The position numbers were made by a program, and so were the translations under genes. A stretch of DNA of 64,000 nt from Octopus sinensis. Lineage: Eukaryota. The notes under the pieces were generated by a model that did no database searches, was not told the DNA's origin, and saw only the letters and a list, made by a program, of their open reading frames with translations. The stretch covers positions 5,022,001-5,086,000 of the forward strand of contig NC_043018.1 of NCBI RefSeq assembly GCF_006345805.1. Reading direction: 5' to 3'. Each line of letters begins with the position of its first letter. Position 1 is the first letter of the stretch. Below are positions 39,380 to 50,576 of this stretch, in pieces.

Positions 39380-39793
39380 TTCAAGACCACCTGGATAGAT
39401 TGCACAATTAATCCATCCCGCAGTTAGACGGGTGGCTGGCAATTCAAGGCCACCCAGATAGATTGCACAATTAATCCATCCCGCAGTTAGTCGGGTGGCT
39501 GGCAATTCAAGGCCACCCAGATAAATTGCACAATTAATCCATCCCGCAGTTAGTCGGGTGGCTGGCAATTCAAGGCCACCCAGATAAATTGCACAATTAA
39601 TCCATCCCGCAGTTAGTCGGGTGGCTGGCAATTCAAGGCCACCCAGATAGATTGCACAATTAATCCATCCCGCAGTTAGTCGGGTGGCTGGCAATTCAAG
39701 GCCACTCAGATAGATTGCACAATTAATCCATCCCGCGGTTAATCGGGTGGCTGGCAATTCAAGGCCACCCGGATAAATAGCGCAATTAACCCG
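39380..39793. repeat. Minisatellite, 63-bp unit, about 6.5 copies, each unit self-complementary
   Basis: Unit ttcaaggccacccagatagattgcacaattaatccatcccgcagttagtcgggtggctggcaa starts at 39380, 39443, 39506, 39569, 39632, 39695 and 39758. Confidence 0.95.
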
Positions 39794-40025
39794 TCGTTTC
39801 CCCCATTCCGTTCCCTGTGCTCGCCACCCTTAAATGTATCAAAGTGTGAAACGGTGTAACACCCCACCCCACTCCCATCAATATGGGTTTGTTACCTTTG
39901 TTGTTGTTGTTGTTCTCATTCTCCTTCTTTAATCTGAATAATTCACCTTCGTTGTTATCGGAAAGGCTTCGTTTCATGTAATCGAAACCAAAGATTTCTA
40001 TCATGCGTACACACACGCACACACA

Positions 40026-40098
<73 letters not shown>

Positions 40099-40276
40099 AC
40101 ACACACACACACCACACACACACACACACAATGGTTCAAATTTACAGGAAACAAAAAGGCGAAGACATGCGAGTGAACTACAAACAGGTATATTAGTTTG
40201 ACAGATATATATATATATATATATATATATGATATAAATATACGTGCATAACACACACACACATATTATATATGTA

Positions 40277-40325
<49 letters not shown>

Positions 40326-40330
40326 CATAC

Positions 40331-40565
40331 ATGGAGGCGCAATGGCCTAGTGGTTAGGGCAGCGGACTTGCGGTCGGAGGATCGCGGTTTCGATTCCCAG
40401 ACCGGGCGTTGTGTGTGTTTATTGAGCGAAAAAAACACCTAAAAGCTCCACGAGGCTCCGGCAGGAGGTGGTGATCCCTGCTGTACTCTTTCACCACTCT
40501 AAAGGCGGTGCTCCAGCATGGCCGCAGTCAAATGACTGAAACAAGTACAAAAAAAAAAAAAAAAA
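40331..40565 (+). mobile_element. Chimeric SINE: family C 5' half, family B 3' tail and poly(A)
   Basis: atggaggcgcaatggcctagtggttaggg...tttcaccactct joins directly to aaaggcggtgctccagcatggccgcagtcaaatgactgaaacaagtac, followed by A17. Confidence 0.8.
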
Positions 40566-40699
40566 TACGTATGCACACACACACATACAATATATACTTA
40601 AACGCATGAACGTATGTATGTCTCTATGTGTGTATACATATGTACACGCATATACTTGTACATACACACACACAGGCACACACACACACTCGTTTGCTT

Positions 40700-41095
40700 G
40701 TATATATATGTGTGTAAGTGCGCTTGTGAAATTTGCTTCGTAACTGCACGGTTTCTGGTTCAGGCCCAGTGCGCGACAAATATCTTCTACTATAACCCTG
40801 GGCCGAACAATATCTTGAGAACAAATTTGGTCGAAAGAAACCGTGTGTGTGTGTGTGTATGTGTGTGTGTGTGTGTGGACGCATCATTGTTGGTGTTTGT
40901 CTCCTTTCCCAATCTAACAATCGATGATGTAGGCTTCTTTAAGTCCCCATGACTTAGCGGTTCGGCAAAAAAAGAGCAACACAAACCGTACCGGATTTAC
41001 AATAAATAATGGATGTCCATTTGCTCAACTAAACGCTCTGCAAAAGGTAGTGCCCCAGAATGGCCGCTGACCAGTGTCTGAAACAAGTAAATGGC
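40700..41095 (+). mobile_element. Diverged SINE family B
   Basis: Degenerate head, TG linker and tail. Confidence 0.65.
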
Positions 41096-41139
41096 TAAAT
41101 GAATAAAGAGAGAGAGAGAGAGAGAGAGCCGGGGAGAGA

Positions 41140-41195
41140 GCACGTGTTATTTTCGCTCTCCTCTTTTCCCGTACATCTCTCTCTCTCTCTCTCTA

Positions 41196-41232
<37 letters not shown>

Positions 41233-41461
41233 TATTTCTCTGTTTTATTCTCTCTCCCTACATCTCTCTATCTGTCTATTTCTGTCCCTTCTCTCTCTAC
41301 ATTCTCTCTCTCTCTCCTCCGTATCACTATCTCTCTTCTCCTCTCTTCTTACTCTCTCTCTCTCTCTCTCTCTCTGTTCCCACACATCTCTCTTTTTCTC
41401 TATTTCTCTCTCATTATCTCTGTCTCATACATCTTTCTATTTGTCTATATCCATTCTGTCT

Positions 41462-41493
<32 letters not shown>

Positions 41494-41522
41494 TCACTCC
41501 CTCTCTCTCTCTCTCTCAACTA
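41140..41522. repeat. Degenerate (CT)n tract
   Basis: Directly visible. Confidence 0.95.
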
Positions 41523-41529
41523 CTCTCCT

Positions 41530-41840
41530 TTTACGCTCTTCCTCTCCCCGCCGCGTCTCTATGTACGTGTGTCCGCCACAACAAGCCGCGCGAAAGCTTT
41601 CTCCTCGCTAAGCCAGAGAAGCTCTCGCAAGCACCAGTGGCGGTAGTAGCAATGACAGCGGTGGTAGCGGTGGTAGTAGTAAATACCTGTCGTAGTAGCA
41701 GCAATATTATCACAAGCAACTGACCAATCAGCCTCAAGCTTGGCACATATCCGTCCCGCTTTTTCCAACCATTTATGGACAAAAGCGGTGGGCGTGACTT
41801 AACTGCGCATCTTCGCCATTGTCGCCATTAAATTCGACGA
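41530..41840. promoter_or_regulatory. CpG-rich putative promoter or regulatory island
   Basis: More than 20 CpGs in about 310 bp of non-repeat sequence. It contains TGACCAATCAG (NF-Y-like, 41721-41731), GGGCGTG, TGCGCA and two CGCCAT (YY1-like, 41814 and 41823). Direction is unknown. Confidence 0.45.
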
Positions 41841-42490
41841 CGTATCTATTTGATCATAGATTCATTGATCGATCGATTGATTGCTTGCTATTAGCCCAAA
41901 GTCAGCGCTACCAGAGTAGCCCTATGATCAAAGGCTTTCCAACCATGACGATGCTGTCCTATTTTGGGGAGGCTATCGTATGAAAAGGAGAATTAGTAGC
42001 AGAGTCGAGTGGTCGTATGTGGATTGGTAAGTCCTCGGTTCGATCTTACAACCTGGATATATATTTCATATGCTTGGGTGTAGGCGTAAAAGTGTGGTTC
42101 AAAAAATTCCCTTAGTACCCATATGGCTCCTGGTTCAATCCCTCGGAGCAGCCCCCTGAGCAAGTGTTTTCTATCAGCTTTAATTTGAATAATACCTTGC
42201 GAAGAGGATATCTCGGGAGGTAGAGACTGTGCAGAAGCCTTTCGCGTGTGTGTAGATGTCTTTATCTTTGATGTGTTTCAGTCATTAGACTGCGGCCATG
42301 CTGGGGTACTGCCTTGACGAATTTTAGTTGAACGACATATCCACACACATACATGCATGTACAAACATACATACATATATACATACATATATACATACAT
42401 ATATATATATATATAAATATGATATATATATATGCAGGAATGATTGGTTAAGAAGCTATCTCTTCTTTTCCCCCTCTCCCTCTCTCTCCC

Positions 42491-42529
<39 letters not shown>

Positions 42530-43024
42530 GAGATATGTTTTTGTATTTGTCCCTTCCCACTGTTTGAAAACCGGTGTTTTTACCTCCTCGTAACTTAGCG
42601 GATCGGCAAAACATTTCGATAGAGTATGCAGCAGACTTAGAAATAAGTACCGGTGTTAATTTGTTCGACTAAACCCGTCAAGACAGTGCCCCAGCATGGC
42701 CGCAGTCCAATGAGTAAAACAAGTGAATGTTAAGCTATATAAATGTGTGTGTGTGTGTGTGTAGGGTGTGTAGGTATAATCGCATATACGCGTGTTAACA
42801 ATCGGTTATTGTGATCGGAAAGGCTTCGGTCTCAGTACTTGACTGTCGCTTTAACTGATCGACACCAAAAGGATGAAAAATAAAGTTGACTTCAGAGGGC
42901 TTTGAACTCAGAATGTAAAGAGCCGGAAGAAATGCTGCTAAACATTTTTTCCGGCTTGCTAACGGTTCTGTAAGTATGGATGCCTTATACAAACTGTTTT
43001 AGATCATAAACTTTAGTAATTCTC

Positions 43025-43437
43025 TTTACTCTCTTTACTCTTTTACTTGTTTCAGTCATTTGACTGCGGCCATGCTGGAGCACCGCCTTTAATCGAGCAA
43101 CTCGACCCCGGGACTTATTGTTTTTGTAAGCCCAATACTTATTCTATCGGTGTCTTTTGCCGAACCGCTAAGTTACGGGGACGTAAACACACCAGCATCG
43201 GTTGTCAAGCAATGCTAGGGGGACAAACACAGACACACAAACACACACACGCATATATATATATACATATATACGACGGGCTTCTTTCAGTTTCCGTATA
43301 CCAAATCCACTCACAAGGCTTTGGTCGGCCCGAGGCTATAGAAGAAGACACTTGCTCAAGATGCCCCGCAGTAGGACTGAACCCGGAACCATGTGGTTGG
43401 TAAGCAAGCTACTTACCACACAGCCACTCCTGCGCCT
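43025..43437 (-). mobile_element. SINE family B, full length, young
   Basis: Complete from aggcgcaggagtggctgtgtgg to aaacaagtaaaagagtaaagag; about 92% identical by eye to 51911-52321. Confidence 0.92.
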
Positions 43438-43670
43438 AATTGTTTTCTTTTTTTTATGCTTTCTTACAAATATACCTTGTGGTATTTCTTGCGCCCAAGT
43501 TACTCTTATCAATTAATTCATCATCCGATATAGAGCAACACGTGATTGTTCCGTTGGAACCTTGCAACTAACGACTGCTATACATGTAGCCGGGTTTATT
43601 TCCGATCCATTCCTCATTGATCCAGGATAACACGGTACGCTCAGTTGTGAACCATATTACGTTTATCACG

Positions 43671-43906
43671 TTTTAAGGCGGCGAGCTGGCAGACACGTTA
43701 GCGCGCCGGGCGGAATGCTCAGCAGTATTTCGTCTGTCGTTACGTTCTGGGTTCAAATTCCGCCGAGGTCGACTTTGCCTTTCATCCTTTCGGGGTCGAT
43801 AAATTAAGTACCAGTTACACACTGGGGTCGATGTAATCAACTTAATCCGTTTGTCTGTCCTTGTTTGTCCCCTCTATGTTTAACCCCTTGTGGGTAGTAA
43901 AGAAAT
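43671..43906 (+). mobile_element. SINE family A monomer with 17-bp TSD
   Basis: atattacgtttatcacg occurs at 43654-43670 and 43907-43923. Confidence 0.92.
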
Positions 43907-44234
43907 ATATTACGTTTATCACGGATTGATTTGTGATAACACGGGTCGGCGATCAGTCGCAGATTCTACTTGTACCACAAAAAGGGTGGGGTAGTGACTC
44001 AGTGACCCCTTACAACGCTCAGTTACATTGATTATCCCTCGTGTTTCCATGACCACCAGCAAGATGACAAGGTGTTTTTGTGTGACTTTACGTTCACGTA
44101 TCCATCAACATGAAACCCGTGAATAGAAAAAATACAAACAAGCTTGAACCTTACAAACGGCGCCGACGTGTGCATTCTCTACAGCACTTGGTCCTCAATT
44201 GGGGTCTATATGGCCCTTACAGGTCCTTATCTAG

Positions 44235-44590
44235 GCGCGGGCGTAGCTGTGTGGTAAGAAGCTTGCTTCCCTACCATATGGTTCTGGGTACAGTCCCACG
44301 GTGTGGCACCTTGGGCAAGTGACCAAAGCCTTGTGAGTGGACTTGGTAGACGGAAACTGAAAGAAGCCCCTTTGCATATATATATGTGTGTATATGTTCC
44401 CCCTACCACCGTTTGATAACCGGTGCTGGTGTGTTTATGTTCACTCAACTTAGCGGTTCTGCAAAAGAGTCCAATAGAATAAGTTCCAGATTTTAAAAAA
44501 ACAAGCACTGCGGGCGTCGATAAATTCTTGAAGGTAGTGCCCCAGCATGGCCGCGCCCTAATGGCTTAAACTAGAAAAGCTAAAAGATAA
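44235..44590 (+). mobile_element. SINE family B
   Basis: aggcgcgggcgtagctgtgtggtaag head through the cccagcatggccgc tail. Confidence 0.8.
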
Positions 44591-45269
44591 TTCCTAACAA
44601 TATATAATTCTAATAGGATAATATGACCCTTTTAAACATAGCTAAAAGGGTCCATGGGAGTAAAGCAGGAACCAAAGGGTTCCATGGAGGAACAAAATGG
44701 TGGAGAATCTCTTCTGCTTTTATAGGAAAAGGTAGAAATCAGGAGACTTTTGTGAGAGAGAGCGTTTTGCTGATGAGGGGCAGGAGTTTGGTGCCAATGA
44801 ATCGAGCATTTCTGCCTTTTACAAAATGCGTAGAGATGATTCATTTATCATTTGCGTTTTATATTTTCGAAACACTTTATGGAACCAAACACCGTGATAA
44901 ACGAGGACAGCTGTGTGTTATTTCATTCTCATATTATTTGGTTTCGTCACTGGACTCTGCGGCCTTCAAAGCTTTTACTCGAACAAATCACCGCACGGCG
45001 TCTCTTCTTTAAAGGCTCTGCTACTTTTTGTTTCGTTGCCCGAGCACAGACACATACACACACACACATACACACACATACACACACACACACACACCAC
45101 ACACACACACACACACACACGCACACACACATATATTTTGTATCCATTAATTCCTTTTATCATAAACTAAAAAATTTCAGGTTTTGGTTAATGAAAGTTT
45201 ACCGGATGATTCTTATATTTATTGGCAATATTTTACATACATCGTAAATAATAATCTTCTTATTATTAT

Positions 45270-45490
45270 TAAGGCGGCACTCTGCTAGAATCGTTAGAAC
45301 GCTGGGCAAAATTGGTTACTGTCCTTTCGTCTGTCTGTATGTTCTGAGTTCAAATCCCGCCTAGGTCGACTTTGCCTTTCATCCTTTCGGGGTTGATAAA
45401 ATAAGTACTAGCTATACGCTGGGGTCGATGTAATCGACTTAACCCCTTCTCCGAACTTGTAGGCCTTGTGCCAAAATCTGAAATCAATAT
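45270..45490 (+). mobile_element. SINE family A monomer
   Basis: taaggcggcac..gaatcgttag head, body and ccttgtgccaaaatctgaaatc tail. Confidence 0.8.
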
Positions 45491-46256
45491 CTTGCATATA
45501 TTCACTATTCAAAACGGCTCCCGTTCGTTTTCCTTGTCGCCCCTTAAGCCTTTCTATCTGCCATTGTCACTTCACAATTCTTTATCCCAGACATTTTCCA
45601 AGCTTCTCTTTTGTTCACATTTTGTTTGAGTCGCTTTTATTTAGTTTGGGGCTGAAGAATAAAACAAAAGACAGTTTGAATGCGTTATAAACATTTGCAA
45701 CTATTTTTGTGAATAAGAATTTTTCAGTTTATATTTGAATAAATAAGGGCTAAATACAGGGGCCACACTATGTACACACAATCGCATATGCAGACGTGAC
45801 TGTGTAGCAGGGATTTTGCTTCCAAACCACAAGGTTCGATGCTCAGTCCGACTGCGCGGCACCTTGGCCAAGTACCATCTATTATAGTACCCGGATGACC
45901 AAAGCTTTGTGAGTGAATTTGGTTGAAGGAAACTGGAAAGAAACCCTTCGTACGAGTATGTACGTCATTATTCAGTTTTCTTTCAAAATGTCTTGCCAAT
46001 AGAGAAAGATCCGGTTTCTAACCTAGACCCAAGGCTCCGTTATTGGAATTTCAACAACAGTATTTTGTATGCATGTATACATACATACAATAGTATTTTT
46101 GTGCAGATTTGCTTCTTTTGTTTTATGTATGTATTCTGATGGATAAAGCTGCATCTCTAGACACGCTCATCTATATTTAAATGATAAACATACTGCATGT
46201 CTGTATGTATATATGTTCGTGTATCTTTGTGTTTGCCCCCCCCCTCTCTCTCTCTC

Positions 46257-46288
<32 letters not shown>

Positions 46289-46290
46289 TA

Positions 46291-46640
46291 AGATGCACGG
46301 CTCAGTGGTTAGAGCGTCGAGTTTACGATCGTCAGGTTGTGAGTTCGATTCCCAGTCCGGGCTGCGAGTTGTATACTTAAGCAAGACACTTTATTTTATG
46401 TTGCTCTAATTTACTCAGCTGTTGAAATGAGTTGCAACATCACTGGTGCCGAACTGTATCAGCCTTTGCCTTTCTCTTGGATAACATCAGGGGAATGCAG
46501 ATGGGAGGCTGGTATGTATGGGCGACTGCTGGTCTTCCATAAAAACAACCCTCGCCGGTGAGGCGAATTTCCACCCAGACTTGTACCCCAGAGGGGAACC
46601 TCTTAGATTCACCCATAGTCATTCGTGACCGACGGAGCCG
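46291..46640 (+). mobile_element. SINE family D, near full length
   Basis: tRNA-like head ggctcagtggttagagcg...gagttcgattccc; body matches 34514-34842. Confidence 0.85.
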
Positions 46641-46696
46641 AGTTATATAGGAAAAGAGCTGACAAGGGAATAAAGGATTATCTTATCAACCTCACT

Positions 46697-46777
46697 GGCT
46701 TACAGCTGTTTCTGCTGTAGGATGTGGTGGACCCATAGTTGAGTGCCTGAGCAAAACCTTACAGTTTCATCAGAACT
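46697..46777 (-). ncRNA. Type I hammerhead-like motif (long stem II family), left member of an inverted pair
   Basis: AGUU CUGAUGA AACUGUAAGG...CCUACAGCA GAAA CAGCUG UA AGCC, with palindromic helix III ACAGCUGU. Confidence 0.55.
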
Positions 46778-46827
46778 TCAAACATAAATGTATTTCTTTT
46801 CCCAAATAAATTGCACTCCATGTTCGA

Positions 46828-46908
46828 GGCTCTGACGAGGCTCTAAAGTGATACTCAGGCACTCAACTGTGAGTTCACCGCATCTTATCGTGGAAACAAC
46901 TGTAAGCT
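46828..46908 (+). ncRNA. Type I hammerhead-like motif (long stem II family), right member of an inverted pair
   Basis: GGCU CUGACGA GGCUCUAAAG...CUUAUCGUG GAAA CAACUG UA AGCU; stem II is partly decayed. Confidence 0.45.
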
Positions 46909-47206
46909 GTTGAAGTTTCATAAGATAACCGTTTATTCCTTTGTCCTTTAATTTTTCTTATGACCGCGCTCTGTATTCGACTAACGCTTTCGTTCGGAGG
47001 CATACGTATATTGAGGCATACGCATATTGAGGCATACGTATATTGAGAGCTACCACCAGATAATTAGTCCTTACAATGCCGAAGCGAAGTATCTATACAC
47101 ATTTATAGGCAAATCGAAAGTAAAAACAAAACAGCAGAAGTCAACAGGATGTTCCCAATGAATGAATTGGGTTGATGCTTAGAGTAAGATGGAGAAAAGA
47201 GTGGGG

Positions 47207-47243
47207 TGTGTAACGTTTCGAGCATGGCTCTTCGTCAGAAACA
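47207..47243 (-). ncRNA. Minimal type I hammerhead motif with an extra A after A9
   Basis: UGUUU CUGACGA A GAGC-CAU-GCUC GAAA CG UU ACACA. Helix III is the ACGU palindrome, which can form only as a dimer. Confidence 0.55.
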
Positions 47244-47389
47244 GGGGAAAAGAGGAAAGATCCGGAGAGAAGGAAAAACAAAGCACAAGAAAAGTACGTG
47301 TGTGACCATCACCATCAATACCGGCATCACACCATCCAAACATATACAGCGTATCACTAGATAACACACCCACCCACACACACACACAC

Positions 47390-47960
47390 GTACCACCACC
47401 ACCACCACCAGTACCAACTTCACGACTACCATCACCACTACTAGAACCGGTTATCACCACGACCGCAGCACCGAACTAGCACCACATATCGCCAACGCCT
47501 CCCCCACACATACACCACCACCGCCACCATCACCAGCATCATTACCAACAATAACAACAACAATGCCATCACCACCACCACCACCACATCTACAAGTAAA
47601 GCCTCACACAAGCAAACTTAATACCAGACACCGCCACCACCACACACCGCTACCACTACCACCACCACTACCACCACCGCCACCACTACCACCACCACTA
47701 CCACCACCGCCACCACCACCACCACCACCACCACCACCACCACTACCACCACCGCCACCACCACGACCACGACCACAACCACGACCACCACCACCACCAC
47801 CACCACCACCATCACTACCGCCACCACCATCACTAACTCCAGACAACGACAACACTAATGCTTACACCATAACACCAACGCACCACCGCCACCACCACCA
47901 CCACCACCACCGCCACCCACGCCACCGCCACCGCCACCACCAGCACCGCCCCCCGCCACC
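47390..47960. repeat. Degenerate (CCA)n microsatellite
   Basis: Directly visible; gives poly-P, poly-H and poly-T frames. Confidence 0.9.
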
Positions 47961-48388
47961 GCTCCTGTCTGTAAAGTCCCAGTTTCGATTCTCAAGCAGA
48001 GTTTGTTGTTGAGTTGTAGTTGAGAAGTCGTTATCAGCGTCTAATGAGTCTAACAGACATTGATAAAGATCAGTGGATAAGAGGGTGAGATGAAAATGCG
48101 ATAACAACGGAGGACGGGTGGTGGGGTGGGGGGTGAGGGGTGGTTGTGAGATAAGAAGCGAGATGATAGCGAGGTGCATGTGTGGTGGTGGTGGTGGTGG
48201 TGGTGGTGGTGGTGGTAGCGACGGAGATGATAAACATCTGATAACAGCGAGGTTTACTGTGGCGTAACGAGTATGTAATACACACACCCACACACACACA
48301 TATGCATATGAGTGTATACAAATGCGCGAACATGTATTTATGCATATATATATGCACACACACACCTATATATATATATATATATATA

Positions 48389-48431
<43 letters not shown>

Positions 48432-48682
48432 GTATAATATATATGTATATATATATATGTAAATATATATATTAAATATATATGTATATATATAATATAA
48501 TATATATATATATATATAGATATATATTATATATATAGTGTATGTATATATATGTATATATATACATATATATACATATATATATATATGTTCGTTGTTC
48601 TGAATATCATTAGTTTGTTTTAGCCGTAACAACGACCATAATGGTGCAGTGCCTTTACTGAGTACATGTGAGTATACACACG

Positions 48683-48713
<31 letters not shown>

Positions 48714-50193
48714 CACACACACACATATATGTATGTATGTGTGTGTATATATATATATGCGTGTATATACATAGAGATACGAATATATATATACACCTAC
48801 ACATATATAAATTTGCACAAATACATACATACTATGTATGTATTATATGTGTGTGCGCTCGTGTGTGTATATATATATTTATATAATGGTGTAGGTTTGT
48901 TATATGTATATATATATACGTATATTTATAAGTATGTGTACATCTATTCTATTTTTATTCTTTTGCTGATTTCAGTCATTGGATTGCAGCCATGCTTCCT
49001 ATCCCTGAAATGTTTACCCGTTGGAATCAACCGAAGTCCTTAATGTAAATCCAGCGTTCTGTTTATGCCGAAGCGCTAAGTCACAGGGACTGAAAGAAAA
49101 CAAACGTACACCATTTGTCAAGGGATGAGAAGCTAACACAACGACACTCGCGCACGCACGCACACATACACACACATGCGTGTATGCGTGTATACATATG
49201 TAAGTGAGTGAGAGTAAAGTGCGTGTGGTCTGTGTGTATACTCGACCTCAAACTGCCCCGATAGGATTCTGATGACAGAAACTGATTGATTGATCAAACG
49301 ACTGATGATACAGTCAATTAGTTGATTAGTTAATTAGTAATTAGTCAACTAGTTGACTGATAATAATAAAAATATGTGTGCATAATACATGCACTGTGCG
49401 CATGTATGTGTATATATATATATATATACAGTTTATATACAAATTTCTGTGTGTGTGTTATATATCTATATTATATATATATATATCATATATGTATATA
49501 TAATTATAGATACATTTGTTTGTTTGTTTGTATGTCTGTCGTTATTCAGTTTTATTTCAAGATTTTTTACCAAAAGAGAAAAGGCCGGCTTCCAACGTAG
49601 ATCCGAGGCTCCTTCTTTGGAATAATGTCAATAACCTAACAGAGTACGCATGTCTATGTGCAAATTTGTATGTTTTGTTTCGTGTTTCTAGTCTAATGCG
49701 TATAGCATGTTCATGTATGTATGTGTATTTATTTATATGTCTATGTAATGTGTGTGCGTGTGTTTCGCATCAAGAATTTAGGAACTACCGAGAGAACGTG
49801 AAATGACAGTTTTTAGCTGAACTTTGCCATCTCTCTCTCTCTCTTCCCTCAGTCTGTCTGTCTGTATGTCTCTCTCTCTCTCTCTCTCTCTCTGTAGTTG
49901 TTACGCTATTTGCATATAGTCACGGACCGGCGATTCAATTCGCCTCCAATTCGGTTCAGGTATGTGATAATCAGTAAAAATGCACATCGTACTTGAATGT
50001 CGTTTGAAGCGAGTTGTCTCGCCAGTCTACGACCTTCGGGGTGTCTTAACGTCCCAGTGCTGGGGTTAATGTTATCCCTACTGCGCTACATGGCAGTGGG
50101 GATAACATATCCTATCATTATCGAACCGAGGATTAAACTACGGCCCTTCCATAGCGTTACCTGCTACCTTGGGTCTTCTGGATAGCAATACTT

Positions 50194-50286
<93 letters not shown>

Positions 50287-50379
50287 CAAATACACACATA
50301 TATAAACACAACATGTAACCACATGTGAATCGTTGGCGATTTTTCTTCCTCCATCTCCCTTTCTATTGAACTTTCCTCT

Positions 50380-50415
50380 GTTTCTGATGAAGAGCGTCTG
50401 CTCGAATCGTTAAAC
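50380..50415 (+). ncRNA. Degenerate minimal hammerhead motif (same family as 47207)
   Basis: GUUU CUGAUGA A GAGC-GUCU-GCUC GAAU CG UU AAAC. A15.1 is mutated to U, so it is probably inactive. Confidence 0.4.
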
Positions 50416-50534
50416 CATCTTTTTTTTCCTTCCCTGAACGTCTTCTAACACTTTACATGTACCACGTCCTCGCGTTGTGGTTTTTTTGTGTTCTTTTTTG
50501 GGGGGGGATTTACTATATATATCTATATAATATA

Positions 50535-50576
<42 letters not shown>

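Noticed and set aside
39380-39793. CRISPR-like array, or a 126-aa repeat protein (LELPATRLTAGWINCAIYLGG)n
   Set aside because: Units are contiguous and near-identical with no unique spacers, and there are no cas genes. The ORF has a non-ATG start and no splice or homology support.
39380-39793. HDV-like or twister ribozyme array
   Set aside because: P1 with G.U followed by GG, and CAAG..CCCGGAUAAA, are suggestive. By-eye threading failed to place HDV P3 and the J4/2 catalytic C, or the twister YUAA, L4 AAGC and GA elements.
40331-40410. tRNA genes in SINE heads (also 6720-6786, 34770-34842, 46291-46370, 59960-60032)
   Set aside because: A and B boxes are present, but acceptor stems do not close and each head continues into a SINE body.
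44623-45012. 129-aa ORF, and ctgatgagggg...tgcc as a hammerhead
   Set aside because: No recognisable motif, the 3' part derives from a SINE tail, and there is no GAAA after the putative stem II.
47563-48012. Poly-proline (formin FH1/extensin-like) ORF
   Set aside because: It is a degenerate (CCA)n microsatellite open in several frames and on both strands, with no flanking domain or clear splice sites.
49268-49290. ctgatgacagaaac as a hammerhead (similarly ctgatga hits near 2655, 23677, 30867, 32135, 35176, 38078, 62223)
   Set aside because: Stem II and/or GAAA-helix III are missing or cannot form.
50066-50110. 16-bp hairpin atgttatccctactgc / gcagtggggataacat as a miRNA
   Set aside because: Stem too short for a pre-miRNA and the flanks do not extend the pairing.
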